Shown piece by piece: positions 30,970 through 45,413 of a stretch of DNA of 64,000 nt. The notes beneath the pieces were generated by a model, which was given only the letters and a program-made list of their open reading frames with translations, searched no databases and was not told the DNA's origin. Each line of letters begins with the position of its first letter. Positions within the stretch are counted from its first letter, which is position 1. Position numbers and translations under genes: made by a program. Where the stretch lies: NCBI GenBank assembly GCA_965153355.1, contig OZ231126.1, forward strand, positions 22,258,001 to 22,322,000. Direction: 5' to 3'. This DNA is from Flaccisagitta enflata. Lineage: Eukaryota.

Positions 30970-32191
30970 TCGCCTTCTTTTTCTCCTTTTCCTTTAGCTT
31001 ATACCAATATGAGTGACATCGCAGTCATTTCCCATAAAATCTTGGGTAATTGTCGCGCAATGAGAACTGAGAACTGACCAAAGAGCGACATCGCTGAGTC
31101 CATGTGACCCAAATTGGGTTTTTCTCTACAAAGAGAGTTACCCTTTATCAAGTTACCCTTTTAGACTTTAGACACTCGTGATTATTTGTTACGCGTCTGG
31201 GTCTGGGTCAATAGAAACACATAAATTTCAATTTCAATTTCTACAAAGATAGTCTTTTTTAATCCCTGTGGTAGCCAGGAGTAGTCAAAAATCAAAATTT
31301 TATTTTTGACCATTTTTTTTCGGTGCGATGGACTCATATGCATCTAGATAAGATGTTATCAAGCAATTTTTTTCTCAAACGGATGTCAGTAAATATGGTC
31401 AATCGCGCTTAATTCAACGTTAATTGGCCGTTTTATTTTTTTTTTTCACTCAAATTGTCATTTTCATCCCTTAGAAACGCCAAATTTGGATTAAAACTCA
31501 AACTGTTGCTTCCAAACAACATTTACTATCATCACCTAAAATGTTGTGAAATTTGAAAGTCTCTAAGACGCATATGCTTATGCAAATAAGTCGCTCAAAC
31601 TAATTTGCATACTAAAAGACAGCTGCAAGGAGAAAATCAATAAGGTCAATAGGGTCAATCACATCTCCGATTTTATTTCTTAGATAGAATTTACAGAAAT
31701 TTACCGAATTATCTAGGTTTTGATCTACAAAGAAATGATGTAGTCGAATCAATCCCATTACCGGTGGCTACCTGTGGTCAAAACTGGACGTTCATCCAAA
31801 TTTTTCTCTGAATTTGCGTTTGCACAACGGTCACGACACTGCAAACGGGGATATTCACCTCACGAATCCCACAGCCAAATGTCGTTTCCCAAATTTCAAA
31901 TATCTGTTAAACCAAAACCGAGAAATGATCATGCGCACGAGTAATCGTTACGCAAATGAGATCCGGATCGGAAGATTCTATTTTAGATATTGATGAACCC
32001 CGATAATTAATTCTCATCAACGTTCATTTGCAATTTACGTCAATGTCGACTCAAAGTTTGCGTCAGTTTCTGTCGTCAATATGGTCAACACTATCAATAA
32101 CGTATGTGTGTCTTCTGTGACGATTATCCTTTTCTTTCTTTCTTTTTTTCTCTCGTTCTTTCTTTCATTCTTTCATTTTTTTCTTTTTTCC

Positions 32192-32241
<50 letters not shown>

Positions 32242-33363
32242 TTGTCTTTCTCTCTTTTCCTTGTCTTTCTCTCTTTTCCTTTTCTTTCTCTCTTTTCCTT
32301 TTCTTTCTCTCTTGCTTGATTTAGTGATTTCATTTTGACCAGCGAAATTTTGTGCAGCTTCGCGATTGACCAACAAAGTGTATTCATGATCACGGTGCAA
32401 GGCAATTGAATAAACAAGGCCGCACACAGAGAAAGACAGTCGCGGATAGGTGGGCAGGGGCCATAACGCAAAAACTGCTCGAGATTCAGAAATATTTGTT
32501 ACCGACGAACCGACGTACCGACACGGGAAGGTGTAGAGTCGTGCGTTCGCGACTAAAAATACTGCCACATACACGGCAGCATTAGTCGCGGACGAGTGGG
32601 CAGTTCTGTGACGGGCCGACCGACCGACGGACCGACCGAAAAGTGGCTTATAGAGTTGCGTGTCTGCGAGTTATAAAGGCAATAGCAAGTAAACAAGCGA
32701 ACGAGCAATAAGGACTGAAGAATTGTGACATGGTTCTTTTACGTTCTCCTTTTCCTTTTCCTTTTCCTTTTCCTTTTCCTTTTCCTTATTCATGAATATA
32801 ATCTACTACTATTTCTTTTTCTCTTTCTCTTTCTCTTTCTCTTTCTCTATCTCTTTCTCTTTCTTTTAGTCTTTCTGTTTTTTTTTTTTCTATGTCCATG
32901 TCTATGTCTATGTCTATGACTATGTCTATGTCTATGTCTATGTCTATGTCTATGTCTATGTCTATTTCTTTTTCTTTTTCTTTTTCTTTTTCTGTTTCTT
33001 CTTCTTCTTCTTCTTCTTTTTGATTTTTGACGAATTGTTTTATAATTGGAAAGATTTAGGCTTAAAGAGGCCTTTCCTCCTTCCGTTCTTTGAGCGCTGA
33101 AGGCCGCCAAAAAGCCGAAAAGAGTTGATAAATGCGTTTTTCGCGCAAATATCGAAACCGCCGTTTGTCTTCCTATCCCAATCTACGGGTCCGATCTCTC
33201 TCTCTGTCTCTCTCTCTCTGTCTCTCTCTCTCTCTCTCTTTCTTTCTCCTTCTCTTTCTATCTCTTTCTCTGTCTGTCTCCAATCTCCAGGACTCTCTCT
33301 TTTCGCTGACTTGATGAAGGGTTTGAGCCTATATCGATCTCGTTCATAACACAGACACACAAC

Positions 33364-33484
<121 letters not shown>

Positions 33485-33579
33485 CCTTCCCAAAGCGATG
33501 CCCGGCGGGCGAACAGCATAAATCAAAACGAGAGACGACAAATATCGTCATGCAGAATGTCGAGTGTACTGTCAGAGAA

Positions 33580-33680
<101 letters not shown>

Positions 33681-33689
33681 AAGAACAGT

Positions 33690-33853
<164 letters not shown>

Positions 33854-34059
33854 GTAGAGAAAAAGAAAAAACGAAAGAAAGAGAGAACGATAGAAAGAAA
33901 GAAAGAAAAAAAAAGAGGGAAAGAAAGAAAGAAGGAAAGAAAGAAAGAAAAAAAAGAAGGGAAAAAAGTAGAAAGATAGAGAGAAAGAAAGACAGAGACT
34001 GAAAAAAAAGGAAGAAAGAGAGAAAAAATGGAAGAGAGAAAGTACGAAAAAAAGAACGA

Positions 34060-34123
<64 letters not shown>

Positions 34124-36188
34124 AGGAAAGAAAGAAAGAAAGAAAAAAAGAAAGAAAGAAAGACAGAAAGAAAGAAAGAAAGAAAGAAAAAAAGAAGGAA
34201 TGACAAATGTACAGAAAAAGCGTAAGAAGAGTAAGAATAGAAAGGGAAAGAAATAAGGCCAAGTTGGCCAATAAGGTGCGACGTGTGGATCGTCGAACGA
34301 ATGCGTTTCCCGACCAACCGACCGACCAACGGACACAGCCAGTTATAGAGGTGCATTGTCGAACCTAAAAAGATGTAATGATGAGGAAAGGGGACATAAA
34401 AAAAAGGCAAAAATAAATGATTGACAGCAAAACCGAGAGGCTGTTCGGAATGAGGAAAGAAACAAAGAAGAGAGAAAGGGAAAGGAAAGAGAAGCACTAA
34501 TGAAAGTATCACTCTCATTCTGGAAATATATGAAATACGAATAAAGGTCCATGTGGACAGAATGCTGAGAAAAAATCATTGACAGAAAGTAAAGCCCTTG
34601 TCTTATAATAACTGTTTTAAGAAAGTTAGCTACCCTTCCATTTCAAAACAAAAGACAAATGAGGCAAATTTAAAGTGTAAAGAATTGAAAAGTATTATGA
34701 TTCTGAATGATTCAGCGGTATTTTTCTTGATTCTAATGAACGTTCATTCGCTGCAAAACTAATAGATTAGCCATTAATGTTAGGTTTCAAACTGGTTTGT
34801 CCAAGACACGCGTGATTTATCTTCAAGCCTCGCGTCACTTTTGCCTCTACTTACTTCGACGCGCCCTCTGGGAGAGAACCACCGAAGTTCGAGGGTCGAT
34901 CTTGGCTCAGCTTCGAGTTTATCCCGCCAGAGGGAATCGCGTCGACCCCAAAAATGGTTCAGCGGCTGAAATAACAAAAAGGCTAACGGTCCGGATTAGA
35001 ATCGCGTGCATTTGAAAGCATGTTTTGAATGTCTAGTTATCAATTCGAGTAAAGCAAATCTTGGGATTTTGCCTTTTTTGTCAAACTACATAGCTGTAAA
35101 GCTGTATAGCACATGGCTAGGTACATGGTCGTTTGGCCAATACGTGCCTGTTGCGAACGGTTGGGTAACCGTCGGTGGGAACGGAAATACGCGTTACAGA
35201 TTTCACATTTCGGACCAGCACACGGATGAATGGACCGACGGAGGGATGGACAGTCGCCAGTTTGCAAAATGAATGAAGGATTCAATGTGCATTGCTAATT
35301 AACCGTATTGTTAAAGGTACAGTGACGAAGGCTGTATTAGCCTAATAGTCGAAAAAAAAACATTTGAAATGTAAATTCTCTCTCCATCTAATTAAGTCAC
35401 AGCTCCATCGGATATTGAGCCAGATGATGCAATAAGAATATCAAACAAGGCCAACAGGCAAACAGTCGCGTGCTCCGTTTCACTAATGGCACAATTCGCG
35501 GTCTCCCAGGCGGAGCATGGGTAAAATAAGCCATTTTGGAAATCAAATAAATTCAACATATCTATACATCATTGTGAAGGTTACACATTACTATATATGA
35601 ATTCACAATTGAAATTTGTTAGCAGGGTCAAATCTTTATGCAAATAAGGTTATAATGATATTGTTCGAAATTTTCCTTTTTTTCAAAATTTAACCCTTCG
35701 ATGAAGTAAGATAGATCAGTAAAGGTCTATATTGGTGCAAATAGTCAGGTGTAGATGTTTTCACACTATCTTGATCATTGGGAATGCGTAGTTTTGAATG
35801 AAATTGAATGCGAAAACCCAAAAAGTCTAAAATAACAATGTTTTGCATGTAGACAAAAAAGCCATAATCACAGCGATTTTAAAGACTGGATATATGAATT
35901 TTGAATCTGATATGTATCTATCTGAAAACTCTTACATAAATCTGGCATTATTGATATATATCTATATACATATATGTATACATCCATATGTATTTGAAGG
36001 TTCTATACTTGCCCGCATTGGTTTGAAAACTACCAGATGTAAAGATTGTTATCAGGATCGTGCCATATGTCTCTCTAACTAAAAAGTCGCTGAAGACAAA
36101 ATAAAGACTTTTCATAGATATCCTTTATTCATTCTTTCTTTCTTTTTTTCTTTCTTTCTTTCTTTCTTTCTTTATTTTTTTCTTTCTT

Positions 36189-36224
<36 letters not shown>

Positions 36225-36228
36225 TTTT

Positions 36229-36304
<76 letters not shown>

Positions 36305-36434
36305 TTTCTACTCTAGCTTTTTAAATGACAAATTTGGCTAATTGTCGTCTGTCGAAAGGTGAAATATGATTTTAATAAGCACAAGAATTGCAAATCTTTC
36401 ATGGAATCTTCTTCTTCTTCTTCTCCTTCTTCTC

Positions 36435-36480
<46 letters not shown>

Positions 36481-36906
36481 TTTAAAAAAAAAAAAAAAAA
36501 ATGTTCTCCTTTATCCCTTTTATATCCTCCATCTTCTTCCTTTTTTCTTCTTCTTCTTCTTCTTTGTTTTCGCCTTCTTCTTCTTCTCCTTCTTCTTCTT
36601 CTTCTTCTTCTTCTTCTTCTTCTTCTTCTTCTTCTTCTTCTTCTTCTTCTTCTTCTCTTCTTCTTTCTTCTTCTCCTTCTTCTTCTTCTTCTTCTCTTCT
36701 TCTTCTTCTTCTTCTTCTTGTCTTCTTCTTTGTCTTCTTCTTCTTCTTCTTCTTCTTCTTCTTCTTCTTCTTCTCTTCTTCTTCTTCTTCTTCTTCCTTC
36801 TTCTTCTTTTTTATCTGCTTTATCTCTTTTATCTCCTCCATCTCCTTCTGTTTTATCAACTTCTTCTGTCTTCCTCTCAGATCCGTTATTGCGAAATGGA
36901 ACTGCA

Positions 36907-36938
<32 letters not shown>

Positions 36939-38023
36939 TCACACACACAAAAATGTAGAAAACGAGATATTATGTAGTAGAAGTGGACATAGTCGGCGTA
37001 AGCGTTAGTGTCAGCATAGGCGTCAGTTGACCGAAGATGAGACAAAAAAAGTCATCATAAAATACTTTTCAGTCGTGGACAAGTGACTCTACACTAGAGG
37101 TCAGGTACACCGAAACTATCCATTTGGCTACTCCATCCAGGAGTGTTTTTCTTTCTAAACATATGAATTAAAGTCCCCGAGGCCGAGGAAGGGAGTTAGG
37201 ACGCAATTTCAAGGTCGCGCATATCAGATTTTGCTCACAAAAGATCATCATCTCACAAGTGTAAAAGTTGAAATACCCCTCTATCTTTGTAAGCACACTA
37301 CTTCTAAACGAAAAAAGATAGAAGATCGCGCTTGGCGCCATTTTAAAGAACAAAAAAAATCTTTCATTTCATCATGAATTTTGTCTAAATCGGTTGAAGA
37401 ACAACTGAGTAACAAGCTTGCAAAAATGGATGAAGTTTTAATAAACTTAAATAATTACCTCAATTTCACCCTTAACTTTGTAAGAATGTCATTTCTAAAC
37501 GAAAAAAGATAGAAAATCGCGCTTGGCGCCATTTTAAAGAACACAAAAAAATCTTTCATTTCATCATGAATTTCGTCTAAATCGGTTGAAAAACAACTGA
37601 GTAACAAGCTTGCAAAGTTGGATGAAGTTTGAATAAACTTAAGTGATTACTTCAATTTCACCCCTAACTTTGTAAGAATGTCATTTCTAAACGAAAAAAG
37701 ATAGAAAATCGCGCTTGGCGCCATTTTAAAGAACGCAAAAAAATCTTTCATTCCATCATGAATTTCATCTAGATCGGTTGAAAAACATCTTAAGTAACAA
37801 GCTTTCTAAGTTGGATAATGTTTGATTCAATCTTAATGATTCAATTTGCCCCCTAACATTGGAAGCTTATCGTTTTTTGGCGCCCTTTTAAAAAAACACA
37901 ACAAATTAGTTGTATGCGGGTGGGCTGGGTCAGTGTTGCGGGTGGGCAGGAGCCGCCAAATTTGTTAAAGACCAGGTCTTTGGCATATGAATTATCAATC
38001 TTTTAAGCATCTTTTCTGCTTTT

Positions 38024-38623
38024 GGGCAGCGGCCCGAAGGGGCCCATGACCTATGCTTTCACACATAGGGGAAATTTCTCCTTCTCCTTCACCTTCCTCT
38101 CCGTCCCCCCCCTTGAGGCCCAAAGCCTAGCCTCGAAGCTCAATACCCAGTCTTGAAGCTCAAATCTCAATCTCGAGGCTCAAATTCCAGCCTCAAGGCT
38201 AAAATCACAGCCCCAAGGATCAAATTCCAATCTCAAGACTCAAATCCTAGCCTTGAAGCTCAAATCCCAGCCTTGAAGCTCAAATCCCAGCCTCAAAGCT
38301 CAAATCCCAGCCTCAAAGCTCCAATCCCAGCCTTGAAGCTCAAATCCCAGCCTTGAAGCTCAAATCCCAGCCTTGCAGCTCAAATCCCAGCCTCGAAGCT
38401 CAAATCCCAGCCTCGAAGCTCAAATCCCAACCTTGAGGCTCAAATTCCAGCCTCAAGGCCCCAATTCCAGCCTCCAGGCCCTTATTCCAGCCTTGAGGCT
38501 AAAAAAAAACAGCATAGGTCATCGGCCCCTTTGGGGCCGCTGCCCCTCTTACCACCTCACACCCACATACACTAACATAAGGGCAACGGGTACCGCTGAC
38601 CATATAACGCTTTTGCGACTGTT
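38024..38623 (+). mobile_element. Pearl/HINE-like element with 20-bp GAGGCTCAAATCCCAGCCTT array
   Basis: Inverted blocks gggcagcggcc..gacctatgct / agcataggtcatcggcc..gctgccc; tail ending cgcttttgcgactgtt. Confidence 0.85.
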
Positions 38624-38821
38624 GATCCCTCTCTTTGGAGCTAAGGACAAACTGTATATCATTGGGTGAATACCATTGTCTTTATTGTCGTAATATCAGA
38701 TGAATCCCAAAGAGAGAAATGGACGTATTGGATCAAGAGATCATGCGCAAGAGAGAAAACAGCATAGGGCTGAGATGAGGGTAGCAAAAAAACAGGAGAG
38801 AAAACGAAAATATGAGGAAGA

Positions 38822-40073
38822 AATAGTCACAAAAGTTTCAGATGGTCAGCGGTACCCGTTGCCCCTGTGTGAGTGTATGCAGGTGTGAGGTGGTTAGAGG
38901 GGCAGCGGCCCCAAAGGGGCCGATGGCCTATGCTGTTTTTATTGGGCAGCGGCTCCAAAGGGGACAAAGTCCTGTAGAACACAGGGGGACTTTCCTTTGT
39001 CATTCTGTCCGTCCATTCGTCCGTGCGTCCCCCCAAGGCCCTCTCAGGCCTAAAATCTGCCCTCTCAGGCCTGAAATTTACCCTCCCAGGCCTGAAATCT
39101 GCCCTCTCAGGCTTTGAATCTGCCCTCTCAAGCCTGAAAACTGCCCTCTCAGGCCTGAAATCTGTCCTCTCAGGCCTTAAATCTGCCCTCACAGATTCAA
39201 GGCCTGAGAGGGCAGATTTCAGGCCTGAGAGGGTAAATTTCAGACCTGAGAGGGCAGATTTTTGGCCTGAGAGGGCCTGGAGGGAACGGATGAATGGATG
39301 GACGGACGGAATGACAAACGGAAGTCCCCCGGGTGTTCTACAGGACTTCATCCCCTTTGGGGCCGCTGCCCTGCTTCCTCTCACTCCATTTCACAATCAC
39401 GCAAAGCAGGGAAACGGGTATCACTGACCACATATTGCCCTTGGGTGACCTGTTTGAGCTTCAAGGCTGGAATTAGGGTCTGGAGGCTGGGATATGAGCC
39501 TTGCAGCTGGGATTTGAGCCTTAGGGCTGGGATTTGAGCCTCAAGCTGGTATTTGAATCTCAAGGCTGGGATTTGAGCCTTGAGGCTGGGATTTGAGCCT
39601 TGAGGCTAAGATTTGAGCCTCAAGACCAGAAGTTGGGCTGCGAGGCTGGGATTTAAGCCTCAAGGCTGGGATTTGAGCCTGGAGGCTGGGATTTGAGCCT
39701 GGAGACTAGGTTTTGAGCCTCAAGACTGGCATTTGAGCTTTGAGGCTGGGGTTTGAGCCTAGAGGCTGGTATTTGAGCCTCAAGGCTGAGATTTGAGCCT
39801 CCAGGCTGGGATTTGAGCCTCCAGGCTGGGATTTGAGCCTCCAGGCTGGGATTTGAGCCCCCAGGCTGGGATTTGAGCCTCCAGGCTGGGATCTGAGCTT
39901 TGGGGCTGGGATTTGAGCCTCAAGGCTAGGATTTGGGCCTTGAAACTAGGATTTGGGCCTCGAGACTAGAATTGGGGCCTCGATGGGGGGGGGAGGACAA
40001 AGAAGAAGAAGGAGAAAGAGAAATTTCTCCTGTGTGAAAGCATAGGTCATCGGCCCCTTTGGGGCCACTGCCC
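38822..40073 (-). mobile_element. Pearl/HINE-like element (20-bp array) interrupted by a 21-bp-array element at 38944-39454 (+)
   Basis: Comparison with the copy at 38461-38520 shows the inner element inserted in a T-run with no TSD. Confidence 0.85.
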
Positions 40074-43000
40074 AAAAGCAGAAGCGGAGATGCAACAACG
40101 ACAGTCATGGGCAGACTTAGAGGCGTTTCTCAATGTTCAGGGATTTCAGGAGGCCGAAAGAATATATGATGCTTGTGATCTAGATTATGCACCTGCTGAC
40201 AAGAAACAAAAAATTTTATAAAACTTCACCCTGTTTTGAAAGCTTGATTGTTTTTCAACTAATTGAGATGAAATTCATGAGATAACGAAAGATATTATGT
40301 GCTCTTTAAAGTGCCGCCAAACGCGATGTTTTATCTTTTCTGGTTTAGAAAAGACATTCTTTCGAAGTTAGGGGTAAAATTGAAGTAATTATAAGAATTT
40401 ACTCAAACTTCGCCAATATTTGCAAACTTGTTACTTTGTTTTATTTCAACCGATTTTGATGAAATTCATGATGAAAAGAAAGGATTTTTTGTGCTTTTCA
40501 AAATGGCGCCAAGCACGATCTTCTATCTTTATTCGTTAAGAAGCAGTAAGCTTCCAAAGTTAGGAGTGAAATTGATGTAATTATAAGAGTTCACTCAAAC
40601 TTCATCCAAGTTTGCAAGCTTGTTACTTCGTTGTTTTTTAACCAATTTAGATGAAATTCATGAGGAAAAGAAAGGATTTTTTGTGTTCTTTAAAATGGCG
40701 CCAAGCGCGGTTTTCTATCTCTATTCGTTAAGAAGCAGTAAGCTTCCAAAGTTAGGGGTGAAATTGATGTAATTATGATAATTCACTCAAAGTTCATCCA
40801 AGTTTGCAAGCTTGTCACTTCATTGTTTTTCAACCAATTTAGATGAAATTCATGAGGTAAAGAAAGGATTTTTTGTGCTCTTTAAAATGGCGCCAAGCAC
40901 GATATTCTATCTTTATTCTTTTAGAAGCAGTAAGCTTCCAAAGTTGAGGGTGCCATTGATCCCTTGCAATATTGATACCATGGTTTTTGAAAACCAAAAT
41001 GAGGAATGCGCGAGTGGAAAATTGCGCCGCTGATCCCATTTTCGGCCCTGGGGGCTTCATTCTATATATATAGAAAGAAAAACACTCCTGGCTGGGGTTC
41101 AAAAATGGATAATAACGGAGATACCGATTTCTACTCTACACCCTGCCATGTTGGTAGGTAGGTCAGTCCATCCGTCCATCTGTCCGTCCGCCACAGTCCA
41201 GAATTTGCAAGTTTTTTCTAGACGCAGACACTACACCTTGCCTTTTTGGTCGGTCGGTCCGTTGGTCGGTCAAAAACATCGCTAAACTTGCAAACGGTTT
41301 TCGCATTACTGCTCCTGCCCAATCAACTGCAACTGCATTGCCATGTACCCAGCCTTGTTTTTCATTATTGCACATGCCCAAAAGGCAGGGGTGTTTTACA
41401 TTCCTATTGAAAAGTTGTCCTGTTAATGATCTGGTTTAAATCATTGTTGGAAATATCAAAGATGATGTCAGATCTCTGCTTGAACAATCGGGTTCAAATC
41501 GTTGGTGGAAATTTTCCATATTTTGAAATACAAATTTGAAGCTTTTCTATTGACAATGTATTGACATGATGGAAATGATTAAACGTTTTTGTACAACATT
41601 GGAACACCCCTGATTAATCCTATGGTTAATCAGTCCTTTCTCTCTATTCAGCCTCTCCTGCTCATCTTCATCCTCACCCTCATCCTTTGTCTCTTCAATT
41701 TCTTGTGTCTTTGTGTCTTTGTCTCATTTCTGTATCACCTGATGAATACAATTTTCCAATGTTGTATGAAAACGTCTAATCATTACCATCTTACCAGATC
41801 TACAACCATCCAACTTTCACTCTTCTGTTGTTTGTCATCTCACTCGAAGCATTTTTTTAAAAAGCTTGAATAGAAACAAGGCTGGATACACGGCAATCTA
41901 GTCGTGGAAGGTTTGGCAGGAGCGGCAATGCGAAAACCGCTCGCAATTCAGAAATGTTATGGACTGATGGACAGATGGACAGATGGACGGACGGACGGGT
42001 GGACGGATGGACGGACCAACCGACACGGCAAGGTGTAGAGTTGTGTGTCCGCGACTAAAAAGAACAAGAATAGTTGATGTAATATAGTCATTTTAGTTGC
42101 AAACTCGCAACTCTATAGGCTTTGTCCGTCCACCCGTCGGTCCGTCGGTCCGTTGGTTTGTCCGTCCGTTCATTGGTTGGTCAATCTGTTGGTTGGTCCG
42201 TTCGTTGGGTAGTCTGTTGGTTGGTAGGTCCGACCATTTGACTGAGCCTGAGTCGGAATACGGGAAGATGAGTGTTTTAGAACCTTTTTGAGCAGGTGTC
42301 TGTGTTGGAAAGGGGGTTGGGTGGGGCGTTGGGTGTGGATAGGTGTTGGCCGCCCCTGCCCACCCATCCACAACATTATTGAGACCATACATAACGTTAT
42401 TGCAATAAGATGAAATTGTCACATGAATATATCTGAGGCCTACTTACTTCGTTTTTCAAAATCTAAGAGCGACTGTAGCGGAATCTGAGAAAAAAACACC
42501 AAAAATACTTATACTTTTGCTGTTTTTACAGCATTTTACAGCATATACTGACACTATTTTTCGACATCTAATGATCGATTCTTTTCAAAATAGTGTCCCT
42601 AGACCAGTTACACTAATTTTGAGTACGGATGAATCAATGCTGCAGTATATCAAAGCGAAATACTGAAAAAACTGTAAAAAATGCTATTTTCACAGCATTT
42701 TTACAGCATTTTACAGCATAAATTCCAAATTCAATCAGGAATTTTTTGAGAATTTAGTATGAAGTGATAAAATAAGTGATCCCGATGCCCATGCCATTGG
42801 TTGTTTTTACCTCCTGTTCTTCTTTCACAGCTTAAATCCTCTAACAATGCGTGACTATCAAAAAACTTGAGGCAGCTATAAGAAATGTGTCCACACTTAA
42901 AGACATGGAATCACAAAAATACTCATAAATCGAAAATGCCTTGACGGAGGCACTTGAAATTTTAGGGCTAGACGCAGAATTTGATGCTCTTTCAGACCAT

Positions 43001-43744
43001 ACCCAGTGCAAACTTCCCAAGGTTTGTATGACGGGTCTCAATACAAGGAATCACAGCGTGACATAAGCGTGACAGGGTGTGGACACATTTCTTATAGCAC
43101 ATTAGGATTTTTATATTTCTCGATTGAGACATGGCAAAGTCACGAAATTTGGCATGAACACTCTCATATGTCTTCACTAAACGGGCAAAAAAGAAAAAGT
43201 TGAAAAACTCAAGGATAGATAGTGTTTTTTTTATCAATAATTGGAATGTTTCCCAAAAATTGTTAAAAATAGTACTTTTAAAAAATTTTAAAGATTGTAT
43301 TTTTTCTATTCTGAACAAGGACCTGTCAACGAATGATTTTAAGTCCTCAAACCCATAACCAGGACCAATGAAAATGCCCCATTTCTTCATATCACATTAT
43401 GTTTTTTCTCATATTTTACAGTGGAGATAGTGGGACATAAATAGGACATATGAAAATTGGCCAAATCAGCCCTTTTTTGGGTCTTAGATCATAAAAATAT
43501 GTCGACACTGAAGAAAGTAGGTTGTTATCAGAGTGCTACCTGATGTCCCTGACCACCTAGGGACACTTTTCTCCAAAAAAAAATTGAGAAAGGATATTTT
43601 ATAAGTCATCCTGTATGGGTATTTCCTTGGCCCGGCGAAACCCGAATCTTACCTAATACACTACTACTACTACATACATGTTCCTTCTTTTTTTTCTCAC
43701 TTCCTCGCTCCTTCCCTTTATCCCTTCCCCCTTCTTTCCTTTTT

Positions 43745-44487
43745 GGGCAGCGGCCCCGAAGGGGACGAAGTCCTGTAGAACACAGGGGGACTTTCGTTTG
43801 TTTGTCCGTTTGTCCGTCCGTTTGTTTGTTTGTTTGTCCCCCCCCTATCGGGCCCCTCAGGCCTCATATCTTGCCTCTCAAGCCTCAAATCTGGCGTCTC
43901 AGGCCTCAAATCTGGCCTCTCAGGCCTCAAATCCAGCCTCTCAGGTCTCAAATCCAGCCTCTCAGGCCTCAAATCCAGCTTCTCAGGTCTCAAATCTAGC
44001 CTCTCAGGCTTCAAAACCGGCCTTCCAGACCTCAAATCCAACCTCTCACGCCTCAAACCTAGCCTCTCAGGCCTCAAATTCGGCTTCTCAGGCCTCCAAT
44101 CAAAAATCTCAGGCCTCAAACCTGCCTCTCAGGCTTCAAATTAGGCCTCTCAGGCCTCAAATCAGCTATCCAAGCCTCAATTTACTGCTCTCAAACCTTA
44201 TTCCAGCTCTCTCAAGCCTCAAGTCAGCCCTCTCAAGCTTCCAATTGGCATTCTCAGGCCTTTCATCAGCCTTCTCAGACCTCAGTCTAGGCTCATGAAG
44301 GCCTTCAGTCAGCCCGCTATAGCATCTCATCCACTTGTTCAGGCAGGACGAACGAAAGTCCCCCTGTGTTCTACAGGACTTTGACCCCTTCGGGGCCGCT
44401 GCCCTGCTTCCCCTCACTCCAATTCATAATCACTCAAAGCAGGGCAACGGGTATCGCTGACCACATATTGCCCTTGGGCGACCTGTT
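43745..44487 (+). mobile_element. Pearl/HINE-like element with 21-bp CTCAGGCCTCAAATCCAGCCT array
   Basis: Complete termini and 3' tail; related copy at 53411-54380. Confidence 0.85.
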
Positions 44488-44807
44488 TTTTCCTTTCTTC
44501 TTACCTTTCGCCAGTCTTTTCCCATCACAACTTAATTTCCGAAATTTTCCAAAATGTTCCACAATGTTCCACAATGTTCCAAAATGATCCAAAATGTTCC
44601 AAAATGTTCCACAATGTTCCACAATATTCGGAAATATTCCACTATGTTCTAAAATGTTCCAAAATGTTAAAAATGTTAATAATGTCATGTTTTTTTCTTC
44701 TTTACTTCCCTTCCCTCCTCCCTTACTTCCCTGAAGTACCCTAAAGTACCCTTAAGGATCTAAAGTACCCTAAATTACCTTAAGTTACCCTGAAGTACCC
44801 TTAAGTA

Positions 44808-45413
44808 TGACGGTGAGCATCTGACGGCAAGATTTAGTGTGTCAACGGGGGTAAAAAAAGAAAATTCTATGAGAATAAAAGTAAGGAAAAACATATAAAG
44901 AATCATTGAGGTATATCCTAGTAAATATTTTATTGCAAAATTTGCATCCAAATAGTAAAAAAGAGCAAGTAAAGCTAACATTAACTAATTATTTTTACTT
45001 AAAAATATTCAAAATTCAATAGTTTGTTCACTGATAGGAGGCTTGTCAAAATCATAACTTTGCATGGAAAATGAAAAAACTCAAAAATGAAGAACATAGC
45101 CCCCTTCCAAACTTGATTGTGGAGGGGGCTATGTTCTTAGAAATGCAAAATTTCTTTGCATTTGTGTGTTTTATAATTTTGACAGCAGCAAAATGTAAGC
45201 ACAATTTTCTTAAAAATCTTTTTTTCCTTCGCTTTTCTTATATGAATTGCTGATTTAAAGGTTCATTTTAGGTCAGCTTATCGCAGAGACATACACATAG
45301 AGTATTGCTGGAGACAATTTGTCTTATGAAAATATCTGTTGCATCATAATTATTCAACTATAGTAAAAAAATGGGGTGAAACACTAAATGTTGACATCAA
45401 TTGCTCGCCGTCG
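44808..45413. mobile_element. TA-duplicating MITE (Tc1/mariner-type), about 606 bp
   Basis: Imperfect ~33-bp TIRs tgacggtgagcatctgacggcaagatttagtgt / acactaaatgttgacatcaattgctcgccgtcg; TA at 44806-44807 and 45414-45415; diverged relative at 62742-63360. Confidence 0.8.

Larger units (their letters stand above)
37095..41133. mobile_element. About 4-kb hAT-like composite element with inverted arms of ~192-bp tandem repeats, containing nested insertions
   Basis: Exact 8-bp TSD CTCTACAC at 37087-37094 and 41134-41141. Termini TAGAGGTCAGGTA / TACCGATTTCTA. Shared subterminal ccaggagtgtttttctttcta. Repeat registers 37302/37493/37685 on the left, inverted 40501/40693/40885 on the right. Confidence 0.85.

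Noticed and set aside
42810-43066. Acceptor-like ttctttcacag followed by a helical-looking frame (KKLEAAIRNV..ALEILGLD)
   Set aside because: All three frames after the acceptor hit stop codons; it cannot be supported as an exon.
44395-44487. HDV-like ribozyme in the modular element tail (GGGCAAC motif)
   Set aside because: I could not build the nested double pseudoknot or find the catalytic J4/2 segment; simple stems explain the structure.
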